Shown one piece after another: positions 34,680 through 43,165 of a stretch of DNA of 64,000 nucleotides (its first letter is position 1; each line of letters begins with the position of its first letter). Under the pieces are notes generated by a model. The model was not told where the DNA came from and did not search any database. It was given only the letters and a program-made list of their open reading frames with translations. Source of the DNA: Acidobacteriota bacterium (lineage in GTDB: Bacteria; Acidobacteriota; Vicinamibacteria; Vicinamibacterales; UBA2999); contig JAKFYH010000049.1 of the NCBI GenBank assembly GCA_021730945.1, forward strand, positions 19,855-83,854, in the 5' to 3' direction. The position numbers and the translations under genes are program-made.

Positions 34680-35915
34680 GTGACGCAGATGTACTTTCAG
34701 AAGGGTTTCGGCCTGAAATCTGAGGTCGGGCCCATTCTGGCGCGTACCTACGAGAGCCCGGTGATCGAACGGCTCAAGGCGCTCGGGTACCAGGCCGAGG
34801 CCGGCGGTTTGCGCTTCAAGCTGGCCAGGGAATTCGGGTTTTGTTACGGCGTCGACCGCGCGGTCGACTATGCCTACCAGACCCGTCAGCAGTTTCCCGA
34901 CCGCCGCGTCTTCCTGTCAGGCGAGATCATCCACAATCCGGACGTGAACCGGCGTATTCGCGACATGGGGATCCAGATTCTCGAGGACTCGCTCGATCCC
35001 GAGTCGCGGTTTCGCGAAGTGGCAGCCGGCGATGTCGTCATCCTGCCGGCGTTCGGCGTGAGTGTGCCCGAGTTGACGCACCTGAAAGCCAAGGGCTGCG
35101 TCCTGGTCGATACCACCTGCGGCAGCGTGCTCAACGTCTGGAAGAAGGTGCACTTCTACGCCCGCGATGGCTACACCGTGATCATCCACGGCAAGCATCA
35201 CCACGAAGAGACGCGCGCCACCGCCTCGCAGGCGCTCACCCATCCGGGCGGCCAGTACCTGTGTGTGCGAGATGTCGCCGAGACCGAGCGGCTGTGCGAG
35301 TTCATCCTCGGCCGGCGATCGGCCGCCGACTTGATGGCCGAGTTCGGCGAGGCCGCCAGTCCCGGGTTCGATCCCGAGCGCGACTTGCAGCGCATGGGCC
35401 TGGCCAACCAGACGACCATGCTGATGAGCGAGACGCTCAAGGTTCAGGCCACCCTGCGCGCCGCGCTGGTGGAGCGCGAGGGCACCGCCGAGATCGAGGC
35501 GTGTTTCCGTGCCTTCGACACGATTTGCTCGGCGACCCAGGAGCGCCAGGACGCCGTGCTCGACATGCTGAAGGACGGCGGCCTCGACCTGATGATCGTG
35601 ATCGGCGGCTACAACAGCAGCAACACCCAGGCGCTGGCGCGGATGTGCGCCCCGCGCGTCGCCACTTTTTACATCGACAACCCAACCTGCATCGAGGACA
35701 CTTCCATCCGCCACAAGCTGGTCGGCGCGGCCGAGGAAACCCGCACCGGCGGCTGGTTGGCCACGGGACCCCGGACCATCGGGATTACGGCGGGGGCGTC
35801 GACCCCGGACAGCGTGGTGGGCGAAGTACTGGAACGCATTCTCGCCACCCGCGGATGCACGGCAGACCAGCTGGCCGCCCCTGACGGGGCCGCGGCCGGC
35901 GCGCAGATGAGCTGA
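34680..35915 (+). CDS. ispH: 4-hydroxy-3-methylbut-2-enyl diphosphate reductase (long, cyanobacterial/plant-type)
   Basis: The motifs are FGFCYGVDRAV, IIHNPDVN, VDTTCGSVLNVWK, IIHGKHHHEET, ANQTTM, FDTICSATQERQDA and VIGGYNSSNTQAL. Confidence 0.9.
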   Translation: MTQMYFQKGFGLKSEVGPILARTYESPVIERLKALGYQAEAGGLRFKLAREFGFCYGVDRAVDYAYQTRQQFPDRRVFLSGEIIHNPDVNRRIRDMGIQILEDSLDPESRFREVAAGDVVILPAFGVSVPELTHLKAKGCVLVDTTCGSVLNVWKKVHFYARDGYTVIIHGKHHHEETRATASQALTHPGGQYLCVRDVAETERLCEFILGRRSAADLMAEFGEAASPGFDPERDLQRMGLANQTTMLMSETLKVQATLRAALVEREGTAEIEACFRAFDTICSATQERQDAVLDMLKDGGLDLMIVIGGYNSSNTQALARMCAPRVATFYIDNPTCIEDTSIRHKLVGAAEETRTGGWLATGPRTIGITAGASTPDSVVGEVLERILATRGCTADQLAAPDGAAAGAQMS

Positions 35916-36982
35916 TGGCCACACAGCCGACCGAACTCACGTTGACCCTGGCGCCGCAGCGGCGTTTCGAGGCCATTGACGTCAACTCGCGCATCAACCA
36001 GGAGGCGTGCGAGTTGCTGCGCCAGCACAAGCGCGCGTTCTACACCTCGTTCCACACCACCGCCGGCTACCTCGACCAGAGTCTGTCGGTGCGCCTGCAT
36101 CATCGCCAGGACCTGCTGTCGCAGTTCTTCAGCGCCTTCCACGCGCTGTTTCCGCAGGGCGGCGAGTATCGCCACGACCAGATGGACCTGCGCTCGGAGT
36201 TGAGCGACGAGCAGAAGGTCGTCGAGCCGCGCAACGGCGACTCGCACCTCACCTTCATCGGCGCCGGCATGCGCAACTGCGTCACCTATCGCACGCGCCC
36301 CGACTCGCCGGTCTACTTCATCGAGCTCGACGGCAAGAGCGAAGCGCTGATGCGCAAGCGCAAGACCACCGTGGTCGCCTACGATCATGAGGAGGTGGTG
36401 GCGCGGACCTCGATTCGCATCCCGGTCTCGAAACACCCGATCGACTCGGTCAACCTGGCCGATCCGCGGCTCGGCGTGCTGGAGCAGGTCAACGACCTGG
36501 TCACCAGCACCGGCATCGATCGCGCCCGCGTCGACCTGGTGGTCAACCCGGCCGAACGCAACGTCGGCATCACCGTGAACGAATACGAAACGCTGCTGAT
36601 GCAGCACGACCTGGTCGAAGTATTGCGCGATCCGCTGCGGTTCGCGCGCGCCAAGGCCAGCCACATGGTGGCCGACCCGTTCTCCATTCCCGGCAAGACG
36701 CTCAACTACGCCAAGTACGACGCCGTCCGCGTGCTCAACTCGCTGATGGAAGCGCTGCGGCTCGACGCCGGTTCGTTCGAACGGCTGATCGCCAAGGTGA
36801 TGTCGCTGCCGGCGCGCCGGTTCGTGCGGTCGCGGCGGGTCAGCTTCCTGGCCGGCACCGATCCTGACACCGGCCAGCCGCGGGTACTGCGCGGAACCTA
36901 CCAGAGCCCGATCCTGGTGCAGTGGCAGCCGGCCGAAAAACAGGAACGCCACATCGACGTGGTCGTCACGAAGTTCTCCTGA
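35915..36982 (+). CDS. Hypothetical protein with two YjbQ/UPF0047-like halves (tentative)
   Basis: Its ATG overlaps the ispH TGA (ATGA). The first half (FYTSFHTTAGYLDQ...YRHDQ...NGDSHLTFIGAGMRNCVTY...VYFIELDG) follows the YjbQ pattern. The second half ends in GTYQSPILVQW...IDVVVTKF. Confidence 0.45.
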   Translation: MATQPTELTLTLAPQRRFEAIDVNSRINQEACELLRQHKRAFYTSFHTTAGYLDQSLSVRLHHRQDLLSQFFSAFHALFPQGGEYRHDQMDLRSELSDEQKVVEPRNGDSHLTFIGAGMRNCVTYRTRPDSPVYFIELDGKSEALMRKRKTTVVAYDHEEVVARTSIRIPVSKHPIDSVNLADPRLGVLEQVNDLVTSTGIDRARVDLVVNPAERNVGITVNEYETLLMQHDLVEVLRDPLRFARAKASHMVADPFSIPGKTLNYAKYDAVRVLNSLMEALRLDAGSFERLIAKVMSLPARRFVRSRRVSFLAGTDPDTGQPRVLRGTYQSPILVQWQPAEKQERHIDVVVTKFS

Positions 36983-37685
36983 TGCCGGAAGGACGGCGCT
37001 TTAGTGCCGCCCCGACCCGTCGTTTCAGCCCCACCAGCACCGCGAAGCTGTCTTTGCGAAACGCGACCTCGACCTCGAATCCTGCCCGCCGCATCAGGCC
37101 GGTCTCCTCGGCCAGCGTGAAATAGACGTCCTCCTTCGCCCACGTGCGCAGGTAGCCCTCGGCCTTGGCGCGCGAGAAGCGGGTCTGCAGGTGGCGCAGC
37201 CACGCGGCGCGATGCTGCTGCTGCAACGGCCTGGCCGTGGCCAGCACACAATCGGCGCTGACCACCAGGCCGCCGGGCCGCAGCGCGGCAAACGCGCGTC
37301 GGTAGAGCGCCGCCTTGGCGCGCGCGGTCCGGATGTGATGCAGCGCGAACGACGCCGAAATCACGTCGCACTTCGGGATCGCGGTCCGTTCGAAGTTGCC
37401 CTCGATGCCCGTGATCCGCCCGCGCAGGCGCTTGCGCGCCATCAGCAGCATGCCGGGATCCTCGTCGATGCCGGTCAGCCGCGCCTTGGGACGGACCTTC
37501 AGCAACGCCTGGGCCAGCGCACCTGATCCCGTGCCGAGATCCACCACCGCCGGCGCGGTGACCGCCAGTGTGTCGACGGCCTCGGCCGCCGAAAGAATCA
37601 ACTCGTCGTAGTGCGGAATCAGCCTCCGGATGACCGTGTCATAGTCGGCGAGGTTGATACCCAGATGTGTTGCCGCGCCCATCAC
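36966..37685 (-). CDS. Class I SAM-dependent methyltransferase
   Basis: Motif I is VVDLGTGSGALAQALL, followed by LTGIDEDPGML. It has a 4-bp overlap with the upstream PLP-enzyme gene. Confidence 0.8.
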   Translation of the reverse strand: MMGAATHLGINLADYDTVIRRLIPHYDELILSAAEAVDTLAVTAPAVVDLGTGSGALAQALLKVRPKARLTGIDEDPGMLLMARKRLRGRITGIEGNFERTAIPKCDVISASFALHHIRTARAKAALYRRAFAALRPGGLVVSADCVLATARPLQQQHRAAWLRHLQTRFSRAKAEGYLRTWAKEDVYFTLAEETGLMRRAGFEVEVAFRKDSFAVLVGLKRRVGAALKRRPSGIRRTS

Positions 37686-39010
37686 CTACTCCATGCGCTC
37701 GCACGCTGTTGTTGCCAGTCGGCCAGATCACCCGCACTCAAGGCATCGCCGTGGTGCAGCGTCCAGTTTAGCGCGGCGATCACGTCGTTGGCCTCTTCCA
37801 TGCCGAGCGCCAGGCGAATCAGGCGATCGAATCCGTTGCGCTTGAGTTGATCGAGGGCGGTGAAGTACTCGGATACCGTGCGGTGATGATTGACCTTGGT
37901 GGCAAGGCCGTCGAACGACAGTGCGTAGCGGACGATGATGCAGGTGGCGAGGGCGTCGGCCAGGTGCTGGGTCCGCGCTTCGTCGGCGTCCTTGACCCGG
38001 AACGAGAGCAGCGATCCGGGTCGCGTGTAGTGCCGGGCGATCGCCGCCCGGTCGGCGTGCGCCGGCAATGAGGGATGAAAGACCTCGCTGACACGCGGAT
38101 GCGCTGCCAGGAACGCCGCGACCTTGGCGGCCGACGCCGATCGGCGGGCGTGCGCGCCGGCGGCATCGTCGAACGACCGCAGAATCGCCTCGGCCCGGCG
38201 CCAGTCGAGCATGCCGCCGCGCATGGCCATCAGGTCCATCACCGCGTTGGCGACCTGCGAGTCGTTGGTGGCGAGGTATCCCCAGAGGTCGCGGTCGTTG
38301 CCGCCGAGTGACTTGGTGCCGCTGGCGACGACCACGTCGACCCCACTGGCCAGCGGCGGCACCGCGAAGGCCCACGGCGAGGCGATCGTGGTGTCGAGCA
38401 CCAGCCGGACGCCCGGTGCGCGCGCCCGTGCCTCGGCCATCACCGCGCGGAGCAGGTCGAAGTCCTGCGCGCGGACCAGCGGGTTGGTGAAGGTCTCCGC
38501 GAACACGAAGCGGGTGGCCGGCGTGATCGCCGCCGCCAACGCCGCCCCGTCGCCATCGTCCACCACGGTGACGCTGCCGCCAAGACGGGCCGCCAGCCAT
38601 TCAAGGTAGCTGCGCGTCTTGTTGTAGACCTGCCGCATGATCACCGCGTGGCCGCCCGGCCTGCCCTGCGCGTGGTCGAAGGGCTCCATCAACACGTCAA
38701 ATACGAGGGCGGTCGCCTGCATGCCGGAATCGCACACCACGGCGCTCGTTGCGTGTTCCAGGGTCTTCAGTTTGGCAATCAGTGCGGCGGTGGCAGTGGT
38801 CCCGTAGCGGGCGTACAGGTGGGGCAGCTCCGACCAGCAGCCCTCGCTCGCGAACAGGAACGCGGCCTTGGCTTCCTGCCACGCGATCACTTGCGCCGAA
38901 CCGAGCAGGTCGAGCTGTACGGTTGGCTCGTCGGGATGCAGATAAGGAATACCAGTGCGCCTGGCGTGATCATCGATCGCGCGATGAATGCCCTGCGTCG
39001 CCTCGGCCAT
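37682..39010 (-). CDS. Divergent Cys/Met-metabolism PLP-dependent enzyme (trans-sulfuration / sulfhydrylase family)
   Basis: Family blocks are YARYGTTATAALIAKLKTLEHA, FAETFTNPL, the PLP-lysine block ASGTKSLGG, and LSFDGLATKVNHH. The start is set at ATG 39010. The track ORF to 39298 reads through the heptamer repeat. Confidence 0.7.
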   Translation of the reverse strand: MAEATQGIHRAIDDHARRTGIPYLHPDEPTVQLDLLGSAQVIAWQEAKAAFLFASEGCWSELPHLYARYGTTATAALIAKLKTLEHATSAVVCDSGMQATALVFDVLMEPFDHAQGRPGGHAVIMRQVYNKTRSYLEWLAARLGGSVTVVDDGDGAALAAAITPATRFVFAETFTNPLVRAQDFDLLRAVMAEARARAPGVRLVLDTTIASPWAFAVPPLASGVDVVVASGTKSLGGNDRDLWGYLATNDSQVANAVMDLMAMRGGMLDWRRAEAILRSFDDAAGAHARRSASAAKVAAFLAAHPRVSEVFHPSLPAHADRAAIARHYTRPGSLLSFRVKDADEARTQHLADALATCIIVRYALSFDGLATKVNHHRTVSEYFTALDQLKRNGFDRLIRLALGMEEANDVIAALNWTLHHGDALSAGDLADWQQQRASAWSR

Positions 39011-39082
39011 GACGGCCAACGGCGGCCGCGTGGCCGGACAGCCGCGCGGATCAAGCCAGTCGGCAATCGACGACTCTCCAAT

Positions 39083-39110
39083 CCCCGATCCCTGATCCCC
39101 GATCCCTGAT
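39083..39110. repeat. Heptamer tandem repeat (CCCCGAT CCCTGAT) x2, same family as 22260-22336
   Basis: I counted the units directly. The array lies between the stop of the metX-hom fusion (39112) and the start of the PLP enzyme (39010). Confidence 0.85.
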
Positions 39111-39111
39111 T

Positions 39112-41460
39112 TCAATCCATCACCCCAAGACAGAGCCGCTGCTCGACCCGGGCCAACTGGCCCACGGCCTCGGTGACCGCCGCAATCGTGGTATCGGTGC
39201 TCGCCGAAATCATGAAGGCGACGTGCACGCGATCGCTTTCGACGCGGGTCGCGCGATTCTGCACCGTCAGGCCGTGCCGGCGCACCAGCCCCTCGCACTT
39301 GCGTTCGAGACCCGGATGCGGCTGACCCGTGATGCGCAGGTAGTGACGCCGCGGCGCCGGCGCGGTCGCCGAACCGTCGCGCGCCACCGGCAGCGCGCGC
39401 GGCACCGGCCAGCGGACCGAATTGTCCTGGGCCAGGTCGATCAGATCGCCAAGGATCGCGGTGGCGGTTGGCAGCGCACCCGCGCCCTTGCCGAACAGAC
39501 TCAAATCTCCCGAGGACACGCAGCGCAGGTAGACGGCGTTGTATTCCTCCTCGACCGAGGCAAGCAGGTGCCAGGCCGGCAACAGCAGCGGTTCCACCGC
39601 CATGTCGAGGGCGCCGTTGATCCGCACGGCGCGCGCGATCTGCCGGATGCGGCAGCCCATCGACTCGGCCAGGTCGCAGTCGGCGGGATCGAGTTCGCGG
39701 ATGCCGCGCACCAGGAAGCCGTCGGGCCGGACCCAGGCGCCAAACGCCCGATATGCCAGGATCGACAGCTTCGCCGCTGCGTCGTGACCATCGAGGTCCG
39801 CGTCAGGCTGTGCTTCGGCGAATCCCAGCCGCTGTGCCTCGGCCACGGCGTCGGCCAGCGTGAGATCCCCTTGCTCGAGCCGGGTCATTACGAAGTTGCA
39901 GGTGGCATTGACGATGCCCCACAGGCTGTCGACTTCGTCGGCGCGGTGACTCAGGTGGCGGACGATCGGGATGGCGGCGGCGGCCGCCGCCTCACAGTAG
40001 AGCGGTGTCTCGGTACGCTGGGCGAGCACACCGAGGTCGGCCAGCTTCGATGCCAGTAGCGCCTTGTTCGCGGTCACCACCGGCTTGCCGGCGGCCAGCG
40101 CGGCGCGCAGGATCGGCTCCATGGCAGCGCCCCCCGCGACCTCGACCACCACGTCCACTTCCGGGTCGCTCACCAGTTCGAGCGGCCGGTCGCCGATGGG
40201 AATGCCCGCCGCCCGCGCGCCGCGGTCCCGGGTCAGGTCGCGCACGGCAATGCGCGACACGCGGAAGCGGACACCGTAGCGCTCGGCCACCGCCGCGCTC
40301 TGGCGATCGATCATCTCGAGCACGCCCTGGCCGACGGTGCCGCATCCCACCAGGCCGATCCGGATGTCGCGCACGGGCTCGACGCCCACGCCCTCAAAGC
40401 GTGGCCGCGCCGCGGCGCGCAAGGCGCCGCCAAACGCCTGCGCGTCGCGCAGCACGCTGGCGAGCTTCTCCTGGTCGGCCAGGAACGCATCGTGGCCAAA
40501 CACCGAGTCGAGCTTCCACAACGACGAGTCGGCGCCGGCGGCCTGCAGTGCCCGGTGCAACTCCACCTGGAGCGCCCAGGGGAACAGCATGTCGCCGGGC
40601 ACGCCGATCACCAGCGTCTCGGCGCTGACGTGCTGGATGGCCGCGTTGACCTCACGCGGATCGGCGATCCAGCCGCGATCGATGGCCTCACTCAGCAGGA
40701 GAAAGGTCTGGACCGGAAACTGTTCGGCGAAGCGGCGGCCGTGATGGTCCAGGTACTCGGCCACCGGCGGCCGATCGAACCCTGGCTGCAGGGTGCCGAA
40801 CCGGGTATCCAGTTCATCGCGCCCGCGGTAGGTGAGCATGCCCAATTGCCTGGCGCGGCTCATGCCGGTGGCTACATCGCCGTTGCGCAAGCCGTCGCGC
40901 ACCAGTTCCCGCTGCAGGTGCCGGGTGGCGGTGCCCCATCCGTCGGGACGCAGGCCGCCGGAGATCGTGATGAGCTTCGCGCATCGGCGCGCATGCCGCG
41001 CGGCGAAGGCCACGCCGACCATGCCGCCGAGACTGGCGCCCACCCAGGTCACCGGCGTCGTGCAGCCGCACCCGTCCAGCCAGGCCGCGACCAGGTCGGC
41101 CAGGCCGGCGATCGACAGCGCGTCAGCACCGCGGCCGTCGAACCCGTCCCAGGTGGATCCATTGCCCGGCCAGCACGGGCACAGGACCGTGTGCCGGGCG
41201 GGATCAATCAGGTCGGGGGCGCACAGGGCCGGCCACCACGCGGCGCGCGGTTGGCCGTCGCCCGCCTGCCCGTCGCCGAAGGGAAACGGCGACGCGGTGA
41301 TGCCGCCGACGATCACAATGACCGGGGCGGTGCCCAGTTCCGGCCCGTAGACCCAGCCGCCCAAGTGCACGCCGGTCAAGACCCGGCCTTCAATGGTGAT
41401 GGAGCGATGGTCGATGACCAGCCGGCGTGGATTGAGGCCGGCGGCCGACAGAGTGGCCAT
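39112..41460 (-). CDS. Bifunctional fusion: homoserine O-acetyltransferase (MetX-like alpha/beta hydrolase) + homoserine dehydrogenase with C-terminal ACT-like domain
   Basis: The N-terminal half has VIVGGITASPF, the nucleophile GASLGGM and the catalytic-His block FGHDAFL. The C-terminal half has IRIGLVGCGTVGQGV, VVTANKALLA, IVNATCNFVMTRL and DLDGHDAAAKLSILA. Both halves sit in one uninterrupted ORF. The start is set at ATG 41460 (MATLSAAGL). Confidence 0.8.
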   Translation of the reverse strand: MATLSAAGLNPRRLVIDHRSITIEGRVLTGVHLGGWVYGPELGTAPVIVIVGGITASPFPFGDGQAGDGQPRAAWWPALCAPDLIDPARHTVLCPCWPGNGSTWDGFDGRGADALSIAGLADLVAAWLDGCGCTTPVTWVGASLGGMVGVAFAARHARRCAKLITISGGLRPDGWGTATRHLQRELVRDGLRNGDVATGMSRARQLGMLTYRGRDELDTRFGTLQPGFDRPPVAEYLDHHGRRFAEQFPVQTFLLLSEAIDRGWIADPREVNAAIQHVSAETLVIGVPGDMLFPWALQVELHRALQAAGADSSLWKLDSVFGHDAFLADQEKLASVLRDAQAFGGALRAAARPRFEGVGVEPVRDIRIGLVGCGTVGQGVLEMIDRQSAAVAERYGVRFRVSRIAVRDLTRDRGARAAGIPIGDRPLELVSDPEVDVVVEVAGGAAMEPILRAALAAGKPVVTANKALLASKLADLGVLAQRTETPLYCEAAAAAAIPIVRHLSHRADEVDSLWGIVNATCNFVMTRLEQGDLTLADAVAEAQRLGFAEAQPDADLDGHDAAAKLSILAYRAFGAWVRPDGFLVRGIRELDPADCDLAESMGCRIRQIARAVRINGALDMAVEPLLLPAWHLLASVEEEYNAVYLRCVSSGDLSLFGKGAGALPTATAILGDLIDLAQDNSVRWPVPRALPVARDGSATAPAPRRHYLRITGQPHPGLERKCEGLVRRHGLTVQNRATRVESDRVHVAFMISASTDTTIAAVTEAVGQLARVEQRLCLGVMD

Positions 41461-41550
41461 CGCGGCATTGTGCCCGGATCCGTGGTCATGATGCAAACAT
41501 ATCCACATACGTAGATATGAATCACGGCTGGTCGGCTATACTGCAGGGAC

Positions 41551-42387
41551 ATGAGCGCCGTTCGCACCATCTCCCATGCCGACGCCCTGGCCCTGCTCGC
41601 CACCGACGGCGCCGTGATGCTCGACGTGCGCACGGCCGGCGAGCACGACGGGCTCGGCCACATCCCCGGTTCCTGGTTGCTGCCGCTGGACCTGGTCGTC
41701 TCGGCGCCGGCGGTGTTGCCCGCCGATGGCCGGCCGGTCGTGGTCTACTGCGAGCACGGCGTCCGCAGCGTCGCGGCGTCGCGCCTGATTGCCGAAGCGG
41801 GCGTGCCGGACGTGCTGAATCTGGCCGGTGGCCTGGCGGCGTGGACCGGGCCTCGCCAGTTCGGCGCCAGTCCGCTGCGCGGACCGTCCGCGTGGTTGAT
41901 TGACAACGCCGATCTGCTGCCGCGCGGCGGAACGGTGTTGGACGTGGCCTGCGGCCGGGGAAGACATGCGTTGTTGCTGGCCAGCGCCGGCTTTGACGTG
42001 CACGCCATCGATCGCGACCCCGCGGCGGTGGCATTCCTGCAGGAGACAGCGGAACGGCTCCGCCTGTCACTTACCTGCGAGCAGGTCGACCTGGAAACCG
42101 AACCGCCGCCGGTGCTGCCGGATGGCTGCGATGTCGTGCTGGGTTTCAACTACCTGCACCGGCCGCTGATGCCGGCGCTTGGTCGCGCCCTGAAGCCGGG
42201 CGGCCGGCTCTTCTACGAGACGTTCACTGTGCAGCAGGCCGAGCGTGGGCATCCCAGGAACCCGGCGTTCCTGCTCAACCCTGGCGAACTGCCGGTCCTG
42301 GTGGCGCCGTTGACCTCGATTCGCTCGCGCGAGGGGGAGGTCGACGGCCGTTGCATCGCCTCGATCGTGGCCGAGCGCCCGCGGTAG
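41551..42387 (+). CDS. Rhodanese domain fused to a class I SAM-dependent methyltransferase domain
   Basis: The rhodanese part has MLDVRTAGEHDGLGHIPGS and the active-site loop VVYCEHGVRS. The MTase motif I is VLDVACGRGRHALLLASAGFDVHAIDRD. Confidence 0.75.
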   Translation: MSAVRTISHADALALLATDGAVMLDVRTAGEHDGLGHIPGSWLLPLDLVVSAPAVLPADGRPVVVYCEHGVRSVAASRLIAEAGVPDVLNLAGGLAAWTGPRQFGASPLRGPSAWLIDNADLLPRGGTVLDVACGRGRHALLLASAGFDVHAIDRDPAAVAFLQETAERLRLSLTCEQVDLETEPPPVLPDGCDVVLGFNYLHRPLMPALGRALKPGGRLFYETFTVQQAERGHPRNPAFLLNPGELPVLVAPLTSIRSREGEVDGRCIASIVAERPR

Positions 42388-42409
42388 CCGGCGGCGGTAT
42401 GCTGAACAG

Positions 42410-43078
42410 GTGAGCGGAACGCGGCCGGCGGGCGCAGTGCTGTGGTCGATCGTCGTGACGCTGGCCGCCTGTACCGGATCACCAACTGATCCGTCTCAGC
42501 AGCCGCCGACGCCACTAACCGTGTCGCTGCAGAGCGGCTCGTGGCAGACCATCAGTACGCCGTCGCCCTACCCGCTGGCCAACAACGGTGAGGGACATCT
42601 GACCTTCGGCTTTCCGCTGCTGCAGGGGTCGATGCACTATCTGTACACCCCAAGTGCGCTGGCGGTGATCAACGGCACCGTGATGGTGACGCTGCGCATC
42701 AACACGGCGGGACCGGCGGTCTTCAATTCCCTGGACCCGATTAGCGGCACCTGCACCATTCCGGTGTCGGTGCGTCCGTTCTTCTGGGCGAATGACAACG
42801 GCAATGGGTCCTACGACCGCTGGTGGTCGAACCCGCGCTCGGCGCCGCTCGCCGCCGGCACCGCGACCATTACGGTGCCGTTACTCCCCGAGTACTGGTC
42901 GAGCGTCAATGGCCAGTTTGCCTCTGCTGACGACGCCACGCGATTGGCGTTTGCCCGCGCGAAACTGAGCGTGTCGCGGCTGGGGCTGACCTTCGGCGGC
43001 GGTTGTTCATTTGGCCACGGGATCAACCTCGCCAGCGGCGAGGCAGACTTCGTCCTGAGCGACTACTCCATCCGTTAG
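42410..43078 (+). CDS. Hypothetical lipoprotein
   Basis: It has a lipobox (VVTLAACTGSP). I recognise no domain in it. Confidence 0.55.
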   Translation: MSGTRPAGAVLWSIVVTLAACTGSPTDPSQQPPTPLTVSLQSGSWQTISTPSPYPLANNGEGHLTFGFPLLQGSMHYLYTPSALAVINGTVMVTLRINTAGPAVFNSLDPISGTCTIPVSVRPFFWANDNGNGSYDRWWSNPRSAPLAAGTATITVPLLPEYWSSVNGQFASADDATRLAFARAKLSVSRLGLTFGGGCSFGHGINLASGEADFVLSDYSIR

Positions 43079-43082
43079 CGGA

Positions 43083-43165
43083 ACGGTGTCAGACACCGTG
43101 CCAGAATCTGCGTACTGGACTTCGGACTTCGGACCCGCAGATTCTGCCGCGGTGTCAGACACCGT
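43083..43165. repeat. Composite palindromic element: two direct copies of CGGTGTCAGACACCG flanking an 11-bp inverted repeat
   Basis: ACGGTGTCAGACACCGT (43083-43099) and GCGGTGTCAGACACCGT (43149-43165) are the two copies. The inner stem pairs CAGAATCTGCG (43102-43112) with CGCAGATTCTG (43136-43146), and its loop contains (GGACTTC)x2. The element lies between convergent genes. Confidence 0.8.

Noticed and set aside
41461-41550. SAM riboswitch or other leader upstream of the metX-hom methionine cluster
   Set aside because: Only about 90 bp are available, and they are shared with a divergent gene. I cannot see the conserved SAM-I/SAM-II helices or core. Only a covariance-model scan (Rfam) could settle it, and I do not claim it.
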